Positions 17,206 to 27,049 of a stretch of DNA of 64,000 nt are shown in pieces. The DNA lies in contig CAWDVR010000001.1 of assembly GCA_963805975.1 (NCBI GenBank), positions 224,001 to 288,000 of the forward strand. The letters are read 5' to 3'. Position numbers and translations under genes: made by a program. Source of the stretch: an uncultured Acidobacteriota bacterium. GTDB taxonomy: Bacteria; Acidobacteriota; Thermoanaerobaculia; Multivoradales; SZUA-115. The notes beneath the pieces are model-generated. The model searched no databases. It saw only the letters and a list, made by a program, of their open reading frames with translations, and had not been told where the DNA came from. Position 1 is the stretch's first letter. Each line of letters opens with the position of its first letter.

Positions 17206-17886
17206 ATGAGACGGCCGGACGTTTCTTCACAGCCTCTCGAGGCGCCCCTCCCTCTGCCTGCCACCGGCCGTGGCGAAGCGCGGCGGCGCGCCATGCTGGA
17301 CGCCGCTGCCGAGGTCTTCATGGAGCACGGTTTCGAGGGCGCGAGCGTCGCCGACGTGGTGCGGCGCTCCGGCGGCTCGCTCGCCACGCTCTATGCCCAG
17401 TTCGGTTCGAAAGAGGGTCTTTTCGAGGCCATCCTCCAGGAAGTCTCCGCCCAGATCCTCGCCCCGCTCGACGCGCCGGAGTTCGAGTCGCGGCCGCTCG
17501 CCGAGGCGCTCTGCCTCTTCGGCGAGCGCTTCCTCGGCCTGGTGCTGTGCCCGGACGCGCTGCGCTGGCAGCGCCTGTGCGTGGTCGAGGGCCCGAAGCA
17601 CCCCGAGCTCCGCCAGGCCCTGCTGCGCACCGGCCCCGGCCGGGTGCAAGAGCGCCTGGCCGCCTACCTCGCGTCGCAGGCGGAAGCGGGGCGGCTGGCC
17701 ATCGACGACCCGGTCACTGCCGCGCAGCACTACTTCTCGCTCATCAAGAGCGAGTATCATTTGGCCGCAGTCTGCGGCGAGCCGATGGAACGATCGGCCG
17801 CCGAGGTCGCACTCCAGGTGGAGCGCGCAGTCAACGTCTTTCTCCACGGCTACGCCGTCCCCGAGGCAGGCGGCCCGGTCCTCTAG
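17206..17886 (+). CDS. TetR/AcrR family transcriptional regulator
   Basis: HTH AAAEVFMEHGFEGASVADVVRRSGGSLATLYAQFGSKEGLF; upstream of the RND pump. Confidence 0.93.
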   Translation: MRRPDVSSQPLEAPLPLPATGRGEARRRAMLDAAAEVFMEHGFEGASVADVVRRSGGSLATLYAQFGSKEGLFEAILQEVSAQILAPLDAPEFESRPLAEALCLFGERFLGLVLCPDALRWQRLCVVEGPKHPELRQALLRTGPGRVQERLAAYLASQAEAGRLAIDDPVTAAQHYFSLIKSEYHLAAVCGEPMERSAAEVALQVERAVNVFLHGYAVPEAGGPVL

Positions 17887-17950
17887 ACCGCGGCCTACCA
17901 CCCGCGCCTCCCTACTTCTCCGTGAACTCTCGCTCTCCCAGGAGCCCGCA

Positions 17951-19174
17951 ATGAATCAGCCCAGAAACCCAGCGCCGCACGGCCCAGCTCTCGCCGCCTG
18001 CGGCCTTCTCGCCGCGGGCGCTCTGCTCGCGGCCTGCGGCGGCTCCGAGGCCGGCCCCGGTGGCGAGCACGGTGGGGGCCCCGGCGGCGGCTTTCCTCCG
18101 GCGCAGGTGACGGTGATGACCGTCGAGCCCCGCACCGTGGCCGTGCCCTACGAGTTCAACGGCCGCATGGAAGGCTCGCGCGAGGTCGAGGTCCGGGCCC
18201 GCGTCTCCGGCATCCTCCTGCAGCGCAACTACGAGGAGGGGCGGCCGGTGAAGAAGGGCCAGACGCTCTTCGTGATCGACCCGGCACCCTACCGCGCCGA
18301 GGTGCAGGCCGCCGAGGCCGAGCTCGCCGAGGAGCAGGCGCAGGTCTCGCGCACCGAGCGCGAGGTGGCCCGCCTCGAGCCGCTCCTCGCCGAGCGCGCC
18401 GCCAGCCGCAAGGACTACGACAACGCGGTCTCCGACGCCGAGCAGGCGCGCGCCACGCTGCTCTCCGCCAAGGCGCGGCTCGACCAGGCCAAGCTCGACC
18501 TCTCCTACACGCGGGTGACGGCGCCGATCTCCGGCCTGTCGAGCCGCGCCGAGCGCTCCGAGGGCAGCCTGGTGGGGCCCGGCGAGGCGAGCCTCTTGAC
18601 CCACATCTCGCAGGTGCAGCCGATCTGGGTGCGGTTCTCGGCCGCCGACCAGACGCTTCTCTCACTGCGCAAGGCGATCGCCGAAAAGCGGGTCGTGTCG
18701 CCCGCCACCAACCAGCTGGAGGTGGACGTGGTGCTGCCGGACGGCTCCATCCATCCGGAGCGCGGCCGGGTGAACTTCTCGGACTCGATGGTCGACACCG
18801 CCACCGGCTCGGTCGAGCTGCGGGCCGAGCTGCCGAACGCGGGCGGCGGCCTGATCCCCGGCCAGTTCGTGCGCGTGCGCCTGCTGGGCATCGAGCGCCC
18901 GCAGGCGATCCTGGTGCCGCAACGCTCGGTGCAGCAGGGCCAGCAGGGCAAATTCGTGTTCGTGGTCGGCGCCGACAGCAAGGCCGAGGCGAGAGACGTC
19001 GAGGTCGGCGACTGGCTGGGCCAGGACTGGGTGATCGAGTCCGGCCTCGCGGCCGGCGATCGCGTGATCGTCGACGGCACGGTGAAGGTGCAACCGGGCG
19101 GCCAGGTCGAGGTGGTGGACCCGGCGGCCCAAGGGGCCGCGCCGGGCGCTCCTCCTTCCGGGGCCGGGAGCTAG
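17951..19174 (+). CDS. RND efflux periplasmic adaptor (AcrA/MexA-like lipoprotein)
   Basis: Lipobox LAAC; EVRARVSGIL, LFVIDPAPY, YTRVTAPISG, LIPGQFVRV. Confidence 0.93.
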   Translation: MNQPRNPAPHGPALAACGLLAAGALLAACGGSEAGPGGEHGGGPGGGFPPAQVTVMTVEPRTVAVPYEFNGRMEGSREVEVRARVSGILLQRNYEEGRPVKKGQTLFVIDPAPYRAEVQAAEAELAEEQAQVSRTEREVARLEPLLAERAASRKDYDNAVSDAEQARATLLSAKARLDQAKLDLSYTRVTAPISGLSSRAERSEGSLVGPGEASLLTHISQVQPIWVRFSAADQTLLSLRKAIAEKRVVSPATNQLEVDVVLPDGSIHPERGRVNFSDSMVDTATGSVELRAELPNAGGGLIPGQFVRVRLLGIERPQAILVPQRSVQQGQQGKFVFVVGADSKAEARDVEVGDWLGQDWVIESGLAAGDRVIVDGTVKVQPGGQVEVVDPAAQGAAPGAPPSGAGS

Positions 19175-19182
19175 GGCGCAGC

Positions 19183-22100
19183 ATGTTCTCTCACTTCTTC
19201 ATCCGCCGCCCGATCTTCGCCAGCGTCGTCTCGATCATCATCGTGCTCGCCGGCCTGGCGGCGATCGTCACGCTGCCGATCGCCCAGTACCCGGACATCT
19301 CGCCGCCGCAGGTGTCGGTGACCGCCGTCTACCCGGGCGCCACCGCCGAAGCCTTGCAGCGCACCGTGGCGGCGCCCATCGAGGAGCAGATCAACGGCGT
19401 CGAGGGCATGCTCTACCTGTCCTCGATCTCGACCTCGAGCGGCCTGGTGACCACCAACGTCACCTTCGAGGTCGGCACCGACATCGACCTCGCGGCCAAC
19501 AACGTCGCCAACCGCGTGCGCCTGGCCGAGCCGCGCCTGCCCGAGGAGGTGCGCCGGAACGGCGTCACCGTCCAGAAGCAGAACCAGAACTTCATCCAGA
19601 TCATCACCTTCCGTTCGGCGGATGGCCGCCTCGACGCGGTCAACCTCTCGAACTACATCTCGCTCAACGTGGTCGAGCCGCTGAAGCGCGTGCCGGGTGT
19701 GGGCGAGGTGCAGGTCTTCGGCGCCCGCGACTTCTCGATGCGCATCTGGCTCAAGCCGGACCTGATGTCGGAGTACGGCCTCACCACTGCCGACGTGGCC
19801 CAGGCGGTGCGCGAGCAGAACGCACAATTTGCGGTCGGCAAGGTCGGCCAGCAGCCGGCCGACCCGGACCTCCAGCTCACCTACACCGTGACCGCCGAGG
19901 ACCGCCTGGCCACCGCCGAGCAGTTCGGCAACATCGTGTTGCGCTCCGACCCCTCCGGCAAGCAGGTGCGGCTCGCCGATATCGCCAGGATCGAGCTCGG
20001 CGCGCGCGACTACGACACCGAGACCCGGCTCGACGGCGAGGAGAACATCTTCTGCGGCGTCTTCCTGCAGCCGGGCGCCAATGCGCTCGCCACCGCCAAG
20101 GGCGTCGAGACGGAGCTCGAGGCGCTGTCGCAGCGCTTCCCGGCCGGCATCGAATACCAGATCCCGTTCGACACCACGCGCTTCGTCGAGGTGTCGATCG
20201 AAGAGGTGGTCAAGACGCTGGCGATCGCCCTGGTCCTGGTCTTCCTGGTGGTCTACATCTTCCTCCAGAGCTTCCGCGCCACGCTGATCCCGATGGCCGC
20301 CGTGCCGGTGTCGCTGATCGGCACCTTCGCCGGCATGTACGCGCTGGGGTTCTCGATCAACACACTGACGCTCTTCGGGCTGGTGCTCGCCATCGGCATC
20401 GTGGTGGACGACGCCATCGTGGTGCTCGAGAACACCGAGCGCATCATGCGCACCGAGGGCAAGAGCGCGCGCGAGGCGGCCTTCGAGTCCATGACCCAGG
20501 TCACCGGCCCGGTGGTGGCCATCGTGCTGGTGCTGTGCTCGGTGTTCGTTCCGGTCGCCTTCCTGGGCGGCCTCACCGGCCAGCTCTACCGCCAGTTCGC
20601 GATCACGGTGTCGATCTCGGTCGCCATCTCGGGGCTCGTGGCGCTCACCCTGTCGCCGGCCCTCTGCGCCCTGCTGCTGCGCGACCACCGCGAGCCGCGG
20701 GGCCTCTTCCGCGCCTTCAACCGCGGCTTCGACAAGACCACCAACGGCTTCGTGCGCGTGGTCGGCGGCCTGCTCCGGCGGCCGGTGGTGGGCGCTCTGC
20801 TCTTCCTGCTGGTGGTGCTCGCCGCTTTCGGCCTCTTCCGCGTGGTGCCGGGCGGCCTGGTGCCGGCGGAGGACCAGGGCTACTTCATCGCCGCCGCCCT
20901 GCTGCCGGACGGCGCCACGCTGACCCGCACCCGCAAGGTCACCGAGCGCATCGAGCAGACGCTTCTCGCCGACCCGGCCATCGAGCACGTGGCGGCGATC
21001 AACGGCGTCGACTTCGTGGGCGGCGGCTCGAACGGCGCCGTGTCCACCATGTTCGTGATGCTCAAGCGCTGGAACGAGCGCAAGGGCGAGGACCAGAGCC
21101 TGGATGCCACCATCGGCCGCTTCTTCGGTGCCACCGGGTCGATCCGCGAGGCTTTCGTCATCGGCTTCAACCCGCCGCCGATCCAGGGCCTGGGGTTGAC
21201 CGGTGGCTTCGAGGTCTACGTCCAGAACCGCGGCGAGATCGACACCCAGCGCCTGGCCGACGAGACCCAGAAGCTGGTCGGCAAGCTCAACCAGGACCCG
21301 CGGCTCTTCGGCGTGCAGACGCTCTTCCGCGCCAACTCGCCGCAGCTCAACGTGCGACTGAACCGCGAGAAGACGAAGGCGCTCGGGGTCTCGGTGGACG
21401 ACGTGTTTGCCACCCTCCAGACCGCGTTCTCCGCCCTCTACGTCAACGACTTCAACCGGAACGGCCGGGCGTTCCGCGTCCAGATGCAGGCCGACGCGCC
21501 GTTCCGCTCCCGGCCCGAGGACCTGGCGAAGCTCTACGTGCGCTCCTCGACCGGCGGCATGGTGCAGCTCGCCTCGCTGATCGAGACCGACTACGGCTCC
21601 GGCGCCGAGACCCTCGAGCGCTTCAACCTCTTCCCGTCGGTCAAGCTGCTGGGCGCGCCGGCGCCGGGCAGGAGCTCGGCCGAGGCGATCGCCGCGGTCG
21701 AGGAGATCGCCGCCCGCGAGCTGCCGCCGGACTTCGGCATCGCCTGGACCGGCACCGCCTACGAGGAGAAGAAGACCGGCGGCACCTCGGCCCAGGTGCT
21801 CCTCTTCGGCCTGGTCTTCGTGTTCCTGATCCTGGCCGCACAGTACGAGCGCTGGTCGCTGCCCATCGCGGTGCTGCTCTCCGTGCCGTTCGCCTTTTTG
21901 GGGGCTCTCGCCCTGGTCTGGGCGCGCGGCATGACCAACGATGTCTACTTCCAGATCGGCCTCGTCACCCTGATCGGCCTCTCGGCCAAGAACGCGATCC
22001 TGATCGTCGAGTTCGCGTCCCAGCAGCGCGAGCAGGGCAAGTCGGTCCTCGACTCGGCGATCGAAGCGGCCCGGTTGCGCTTCCGGCCGATTGTCATGAC

Positions 22101-22323
22101 CTCTCTAGCTTTCATCCTGGGCGTGCTGCCGCTCGCCCTCTCGACCGGCGCCGGCGCCGCGGCCCGGCGCTCGATGGGCACCGGCGTATTGGGCGGGATG
22201 CTGTTCGCGACCCTCGTCGGCGTGGCCTTCGTCCCGCTCTTCTTCCGCTGGGTCTCGGGCCGCGATCGCGAGGCCGTGGCAGAAGGTCCCGAGGCGGTCG
22301 AGGGAGAAAGGAGCCACGCGTGA
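19183..22323 (+). CDS. RND efflux permease (HAE1, AcrB/MexB-like)
   Basis: FFIRRPIFASV, QYPDISPP, IGIVVDDAIVV, GLSAKNAILIVEFA, RFRPIVMTS. Confidence 0.96.
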   Translation: MFSHFFIRRPIFASVVSIIIVLAGLAAIVTLPIAQYPDISPPQVSVTAVYPGATAEALQRTVAAPIEEQINGVEGMLYLSSISTSSGLVTTNVTFEVGTDIDLAANNVANRVRLAEPRLPEEVRRNGVTVQKQNQNFIQIITFRSADGRLDAVNLSNYISLNVVEPLKRVPGVGEVQVFGARDFSMRIWLKPDLMSEYGLTTADVAQAVREQNAQFAVGKVGQQPADPDLQLTYTVTAEDRLATAEQFGNIVLRSDPSGKQVRLADIARIELGARDYDTETRLDGEENIFCGVFLQPGANALATAKGVETELEALSQRFPAGIEYQIPFDTTRFVEVSIEEVVKTLAIALVLVFLVVYIFLQSFRATLIPMAAVPVSLIGTFAGMYALGFSINTLTLFGLVLAIGIVVDDAIVVLENTERIMRTEGKSAREAAFESMTQVTGPVVAIVLVLCSVFVPVAFLGGLTGQLYRQFAITVSISVAISGLVALTLSPALCALLLRDHREPRGLFRAFNRGFDKTTNGFVRVVGGLLRRPVVGALLFLLVVLAAFGLFRVVPGGLVPAEDQGYFIAAALLPDGATLTRTRKVTERIEQTLLADPAIEHVAAINGVDFVGGGSNGAVSTMFVMLKRWNERKGEDQSLDATIGRFFGATGSIREAFVIGFNPPPIQGLGLTGGFEVYVQNRGEIDTQRLADETQKLVGKLNQDPRLFGVQTLFRANSPQLNVRLNREKTKALGVSVDDVFATLQTAFSALYVNDFNRNGRAFRVQMQADAPFRSRPEDLAKLYVRSSTGGMVQLASLIETDYGSGAETLERFNLFPSVKLLGAPAPGRSSAEAIAAVEEIAARELPPDFGIAWTGTAYEEKKTGGTSAQVLLFGLVFVFLILAAQYERWSLPIAVLLSVPFAFLGALALVWARGMTNDVYFQIGLVTLIGLSAKNAILIVEFASQQREQGKSVLDSAIEAARLRFRPIVMTSLAFILGVLPLALSTGAGAAARRSMGTGVLGGMLFATLVGVAFVPLFFRWVSGRDREAVAEGPEAVEGERSHA

Positions 22324-23735
22324 AGACCTTCGTTCGTCTCGCCGCGACCCTGGCGCTGTTGCCGCTCGCGGCCTGCGTCACTCTCGGGCCGGACTACCAG
22401 CGGCCCGAGCCCAAGCTCCCGGCCGCGTTCTCCCAGGCCGGCGGCGATGCCGCCGTGCCCGGAGCCTGGTGGAAGCTGTTCGGCGACCCGGCGCTCGACC
22501 GCCTCGAGGAGGAGGCGCTCGCCGCCAACCAGGACCTGGCCGCCGCCGCGGCCCGCGTGGAGGAGGCGCGGGCGCTCTCCGGCCTGGCGCGTGCCGACCG
22601 CTTCCCCGAGGTCACCGGCCAGGGGGGCGGCTCGCGCACCAAGTTCTCGAACGACAACGGGCAGTTCCCCCCCGGCATCCCGCTCGAGTTCGATTCCTTC
22701 CGGGTGACGGCGGGCCTGTCCTACGAGCTCGATTTCTGGGGCCGCCTGCGCCGCCTGTCGGAAGCGGCTCGCGCCGAGCTGCTGGCGACCGAGGCGGGGC
22801 GCCGGAACGTCGCCCTGGGCCTCACCGCCGAGGTGGCGACCGCGTACTTCCAGCTCGTCGCCCTCGATCACCAGCTCGAAGTGGCGCGCGACACCCTGGG
22901 CACGCGAGGCGAGTCCGTACGGCTCCAGGGCCTGCGCTTCGACGCCGGCACCATCTCCGAGCTCGACCTCGCCCAGGCCCAGGCCGAGCGGGCGGTGACC
23001 GAGGCCACCATCCCGGCGCTCGAGCGCCTGATCCGCCAGACCGAGAACCGCCTCCAGGTGCTGCTCGGCCGCACCGGCGGTGGCGTGGAGCGGGGGGCGA
23101 CGCTCGACAACCTGGTGCTCCCGGCGGTGCCGGCAGGGCTTCCCTCGCGCCTCCTCGAACGGCGGCCGGACGTGATCGCCGCCGAGCAGCGGCTGATCGC
23201 CGCCAACGCGAGGATCGGCGCCGCCCGCGCGGCCTACTTCCCCTCGATCTCGCTCACCGGCTACGCCGGCACGGAGAGCCAGGAGCTGGCCGACCTCTTC
23301 GCCTCGGGCACCGGCATCTGGCAGGTGGCGCTCGGCCTGGTGCAGCCGATCTTCAACGCCGGCCGGACCCGGCGGCAGGTCGAGGCCGCGACGGCCCGTG
23401 AGGAGCAGGCCGTGGCCATCTACCTGAAAGCCGTCCAGAGCGCCTTCGCCGAGGTGGAGGACGCGCTGGTGGCGCTCTCGACCGGCGCCGCGGAGCGCGA
23501 GGCGCTCGCCCGCCAGGTCGAGGCCCTGGCCCGCGCCCGCCGCCTCTCCGACCTGCGGTACGAGGGTGGCGACTCCTCCTACCTCGACGTGCTCGACGCG
23601 GACCGCAACCTCTTCCGCGCCGAGCTCGACCTGGCCCGCGTCCGCGCCGCCGAGCTCACCGCCGCCGTGACGCTGTTCAAGGCGCTGGGGGGCGGGTGGG
23701 AGGAGGCGGCGCTGCCGGCCGAGGAGGCCGACTAG
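22320..23735 (+). CDS. efflux outer-membrane lipoprotein (NodT/OprM family)
   Basis: GTGA overlap with the permease; lipobox LAAC, GPDYQRP, YELDFWGR, LLERRPDVIAAE, LFKALGGGW. Confidence 0.93.
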   Translation: MKTFVRLAATLALLPLAACVTLGPDYQRPEPKLPAAFSQAGGDAAVPGAWWKLFGDPALDRLEEEALAANQDLAAAAARVEEARALSGLARADRFPEVTGQGGGSRTKFSNDNGQFPPGIPLEFDSFRVTAGLSYELDFWGRLRRLSEAARAELLATEAGRRNVALGLTAEVATAYFQLVALDHQLEVARDTLGTRGESVRLQGLRFDAGTISELDLAQAQAERAVTEATIPALERLIRQTENRLQVLLGRTGGGVERGATLDNLVLPAVPAGLPSRLLERRPDVIAAEQRLIAANARIGAARAAYFPSISLTGYAGTESQELADLFASGTGIWQVALGLVQPIFNAGRTRRQVEAATAREEQAVAIYLKAVQSAFAEVEDALVALSTGAAEREALARQVEALARARRLSDLRYEGGDSSYLDVLDADRNLFRAELDLARVRAAELTAAVTLFKALGGGWEEAALPAEEAD

Positions 23736-23785
23736 CACGGCCAGGCCCCGTCCCAGTTGCTTCTGTCCAGCCAGTGGGACTATTC

Positions 23786-23803
23786 TTGGTCAAGCTTGAC
23801 CAA
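23786..23803. promoter_or_regulatory. perfect 18-bp palindrome, putative TA autoregulatory operator
   Basis: TTGGTCAAG-CTTGACCAA, 12 nt upstream of the antitoxin ATG. Confidence 0.7.
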
Positions 23804-23815
23804 CGAGCGATCGCC

Positions 23816-24061
23816 ATGGCCAACATCCTCTACAACCTCTACCAGGCCAAGACCTTCCTCTCTCAGCTCGTCGACCGGGCTGCGGGCGGCGAAGAGATCG
23901 TGATCGCCAAGGCGGGAAAGCCGCTCGCGAAACTGGTGCCCTTCGCCAGGGTTGCCATACCTCGCGAGCCAGGAGGTTGGGAGGGGAAGGTGCGGATCGG
24001 CGAGGACTTCGACGATCCGCTGCCCGAGGATCTGCTGGCAGCCTTCGAGGGTCAGGGGTGA
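23816..24061 (+). CDS. Phd/YefM family antitoxin
   Basis: NLYQAKTFLSQLVDRAAGGEEIVIAKAGKPLAKLVP...DFDDPLPED. Confidence 0.9.
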   Translation: MANILYNLYQAKTFLSQLVDRAAGGEEIVIAKAGKPLAKLVPFARVAIPREPGGWEGKVRIGEDFDDPLPEDLLAAFEGQG

Positions 24062-24444
24062 GCCTGCACAATCGGCTGCTGCTCGATACCCATGTGTTCC
24101 TCTGGTGGAGGGCTGAGCCGCAGCGGCTGAAAGCGGCCGTGCGGGACCTCATCGCCAGCGCCGACCTGGTTTTCGTCAGCGCCGCCTCTGCCTGGGAGGT
24201 GGCGATCAAGGTGAGCCTGAAGAGGCTGGAGCTGCCGGCTTCGTTCGAGGACGGCGTGGTTGCGAGCGGCTTCGAGAAGCTGGCCATCAGCTTCGCACAC
24301 GCCGAAGCCGTGGGCCGCCTGCCCCTTCACCACCACGACCCCTTCGACCGCTTGCTGGTCGCCCAGGCCCAGGTCGAAAGCTTGACGCTCGTTACTCACG
24401 ACCGGCAGGTCGAGCGCTACGACGTGGACACCCTCCGGGCCTGA
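24058..24444 (+). CDS. vapC: VapC/PIN domain toxin
   Basis: LLLDTHVFLW, SAASAWEVAIK, HHDPFDRLLVAQA, LVTHD; GTGA overlap with the antitoxin. Confidence 0.92.
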   Translation: MSLHNRLLLDTHVFLWWRAEPQRLKAAVRDLIASADLVFVSAASAWEVAIKVSLKRLELPASFEDGVVASGFEKLAISFAHAEAVGRLPLHHHDPFDRLLVAQAQVESLTLVTHDRQVERYDVDTLRA

Positions 24445-24487
24445 GACTTCTTCCAGCCTGGTAGCATCAGGCCGGGAGGATTAGGGC

Positions 24488-25603
24488 ATGAGCGGAGTAC
24501 GGGTACTGGTGGGGACACGCAAGGGGGCGTTCGTGCTGACCGCGGACGCCAGGCGGGACCGGTGGGAGGTCGCCGGCCCCCACTTCGCGGGCTGGGAGAT
24601 CTACCACCTCAAGGGTTCGCCTGCGGACCCGAATCGGCTGTACGCGTCGCAGTCCACCGGCTGGTTCGGGCAGCTCATCCAGCGCTCCAACGACGGCGGC
24701 AAGACCTGGGAGCCGGTAGGGAACGAGTTCCTGTACGACGGCGTTCCCGGCACGCACCAGTGGTACGACGGCACGCCGCACCCCTGGGAGTTCAAGCGCG
24801 TCTGGCACCTCGAGCCGTCGCCGACCGATCCGGACACGGTCTATGCCGGGGTGGAGGACGCCGCCCTGTTCCGCTCGCGCGACGGCGGGCAGACCTGGCA
24901 GGAGCTCTCCGGCCTGCGGGGCCACGGCACGGGACCCGCCTGGCAGCCGGGCGCGGGCGGGCTGTGCCTGCACACGGTCCTGCTCGATCCCAGCCCTGCC
25001 GGGCGCATCTTCGTCGCCATCTCGGCCGCCGGCGCGTTCCGCAGCGACGATGGCGGCGAGACCTGGCGGCCGATCAACCGCGGCCTGAGGTCCGAAGGCA
25101 TCCCCGACCCGAATGCCGAGGTGGGCCACTGCGTGCACCGCATTGCGATGCACCGCTCGCGCCCGGAGGTGCTCTTCATGCAGAAGCACTGGGACGTGAT
25201 GCGCAGCGACGACGCCGGCGAGTCCTGGCACGAGATCAGCGGCAACCTGCCGAGTGACTTCGGGTTCCCGATCGGCGTGCACGCGCACGAGCCGGACACC
25301 GTCTACGTGGTGCCGATCAAGAGCGACTCGGAGCACTATCCGCCCGAGGGCAAGCTCCGCGTGTACCGCAGCCGGACGGGCGGCCACGAATGGGAGGCGC
25401 TCACCAACGGCCTGCCGCAGAAGGACTGCTACGTCGACGTGCTGCGCGGTGCGATGGCCATCGACGAGCTCGATTCGTGCGGCGTGTACTTCGGCACCAC
25501 CGGCGGGCAGGTCTACGGATCGGCGGACGCCGGGGACACCTGGGCCCCCATCGTCCGCGATCTTCCGGCCGTGCTCTCGGTCGAGGTCCAGACGCTGCCA
25601 TGA
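24488..25603 (+). CDS. BNR/Asp-box repeat beta-propeller protein
   Basis: Repeated Asp-boxes [44 protein letters not shown]; N-terminal LVGTRKGAF. Confidence 0.88.
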   Translation: MSGVRVLVGTRKGAFVLTADARRDRWEVAGPHFAGWEIYHLKGSPADPNRLYASQSTGWFGQLIQRSNDGGKTWEPVGNEFLYDGVPGTHQWYDGTPHPWEFKRVWHLEPSPTDPDTVYAGVEDAALFRSRDGGQTWQELSGLRGHGTGPAWQPGAGGLCLHTVLLDPSPAGRIFVAISAAGAFRSDDGGETWRPINRGLRSEGIPDPNAEVGHCVHRIAMHRSRPEVLFMQKHWDVMRSDDAGESWHEISGNLPSDFGFPIGVHAHEPDTVYVVPIKSDSEHYPPEGKLRVYRSRTGGHEWEALTNGLPQKDCYVDVLRGAMAIDELDSCGVYFGTTGGQVYGSADAGDTWAPIVRDLPAVLSVEVQTLP

Positions 25604-25932
25604 TCCCGGACGCCGCCACGGCCCCAGAAGCTCCCAGGATCAGAGTCGTGCTCCCGCCCCACTTGCAGACGCTGGCGCGGGTCGACGGCGAGGTCGCGCT
25701 CGCGGTCGAGCGCCCGGTCACCCAGCGCTCGGTCCTGGACGCCGTCGAGGCCAGGTATCCGGTGCTGCGCGGGACGATCCGCGACCACGTCACACGGCAG
25801 CGCCGGCCGTTCGTCCGCTTCTTCGCCTGCGAGCAGGATCTGTCTCACGAGGCGCCGGATGCTCCGCTTCCGGAGGCGGTCGCGACCGGTGCGGAGCCTC
25901 TTCTGGTGGTCGGCGCCATGGCCGGGGGCTGA
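25600..25932 (+). CDS. MoaD/ThiS ubiquitin-like protein
   Basis: ATGA overlap; [13 protein letters not shown]...[10 protein letters not shown]...; C-terminal GAMAGG. Confidence 0.88.
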   Translation: MIPDAATAPEAPRIRVVLPPHLQTLARVDGEVALAVERPVTQRSVLDAVEARYPVLRGTIRDHVTRQRRPFVRFFACEQDLSHEAPDAPLPEAVATGAEPLLVVGAMAGG

Positions 25933-25978
25933 GCAGCGGCGGCCTCCCGGCGGGCCGCGGAAAAAAAGTGGGCCGGCG

Positions 25979-26005
25979 TGTCGATCTCGCGGTCTCCCGT
26001 TCGAC
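25979..26005 (+). promoter_or_regulatory. ECF42-type promoter upstream of the YciI/DGPF gene
   Basis: TGTCGA - 17 nt - CGAC, preceded by an A7 tract; matches the TGTCGA / CG(A/T)C motif recalled for ECF42. Confidence 0.65.
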
Positions 26006-26086
26006 GTCCTGGTAGAGCGAGGGCGACAGCCGGTCGAGAGCACCCGGACGCCCAGCTCGGCAACCGAAACCTCAAGGAGAGAAACC

Positions 26087-26512
26087 ATGCGAGTGATGGT
26101 GATCGTGAAGGCGACCGAGGATTCCGAGAACGGCGTGATGCCGGACGAGAGGCTCCTGACCGAGATGGGGAACTTCAACGAGGAGCTGGTGAAGGCTGGC
26201 ATCATGCTCGCGGGCGAGGGGCTCCACCCGAGCTCGAAGGGCGCGCGCATCCGCTTCTCGGGTGACAAGCGGACCGTGATCGACGGGCCCTTTGCCGAGA
26301 CCAAGGAGCTGATCGCCGGCTTCTGGCTGTGGCAGGTGAAGTCCATGGACGAGGCGATCGAGTGGGTCAAGCGCTGCCCCAACCCCATGAACACGGACTC
26401 CGACATCGAGATCCGGCCGGTCTTCGAGGCGGAGGACTTCGGCGCCGAGCTCACCCCCGAGCTCCGGGAGCAAGAGGAGCGCCTGCGCTCTCAGATGACC
26501 GCCAAGCAGTAG
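26087..26512 (+). CDS. YciI/DGPF family protein
   Basis: AAGGAG RBS; GEGLHPSSKG, VIDGPFAETKELIAGFW, IEIRPVFE. Confidence 0.92.
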   Translation: MRVMVIVKATEDSENGVMPDERLLTEMGNFNEELVKAGIMLAGEGLHPSSKGARIRFSGDKRTVIDGPFAETKELIAGFWLWQVKSMDEAIEWVKRCPNPMNTDSDIEIRPVFEAEDFGAELTPELREQEERLRSQMTAKQ

Positions 26513-26517
26513 CCCAC

Positions 26518-26547
26518 GGCGCGCCCCGGCCGGTGCCGGGGCGCGCC
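26518..26547. terminator. GC-rich hairpin between the YciI and DoxX genes
   Basis: GGCGCGCCCCGGC-cggt-GCCGGGGCGCGCC perfect 13-bp stem; no U tract. Confidence 0.45.
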
Positions 26548-26583
26548 AGGAACTCAACTGTCGAATCATTCCAGGAGGCAACC

Positions 26584-26979
26584 TTGCAATCGGAACCTCA
26601 GACAGCTCCGGTCTCGACGAAAATGCTCTGGGCGGGCCGGATCCTCAGCGCCGTGCCCGTGCTGATGCTCGTCATGAGCGGCGTGATGAAGCTGGTGAAG
26701 CCGGCCGCCGTGGTGGAAGGGTTCGCCCACCTCGGCTATCCCGAGAGCCTCGCTCTCTGGCTCGGCCTGCTCGAGCTCGCCTGCGTGGTCGTCTACCTGG
26801 TCCCGCGGACCTCGGTCCTCGGTGCGATCCTGCTCACCGGCTACCTGGGCGGCGCCACCGCCACCCACGTGCGCCTCGGCGAGCCCTTCTTCGGCCCCGT
26901 CCTGCTCGGTGTGCTGGTCTGGGGAGGGCTCTACCTGCGCGACTCCCGGTTGCGCGCGCTGATCCCTTTCCGCAGCTAG
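26584..26979 (+). CDS. DoxX-like family membrane protein
   Basis: TTG start after AGGAGG; LELACVVVYLVPRTSVLGAILLTGYLGGATATHVR. Confidence 0.85.
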   Translation: MQSEPQTAPVSTKMLWAGRILSAVPVLMLVMSGVMKLVKPAAVVEGFAHLGYPESLALWLGLLELACVVVYLVPRTSVLGAILLTGYLGGATATHVRLGEPFFGPVLLGVLVWGGLYLRDSRLRALIPFRS

Positions 26980-27049
26980 CCCGACTCCGGACGGGGAGTG
27001 AGCAGCTCCCCGGATGCTCTGGCGGATGAAGATGCTCTAATCGGTCGCC

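Noticed and set aside
20535-22319. N-terminal extension of the 1066-aa ORF suggesting a large OprM fusion
   Set aside because: It is an alternate frame of the RND permease; the real gene starts at GTG 22320 with a lipoprotein signal.
26559-26585. Second TGTCGA, a possible ECF42 promoter before the DoxX gene
   Set aside because: There is no CG(A/T)C at the expected spacing, and it would run into the start codon.
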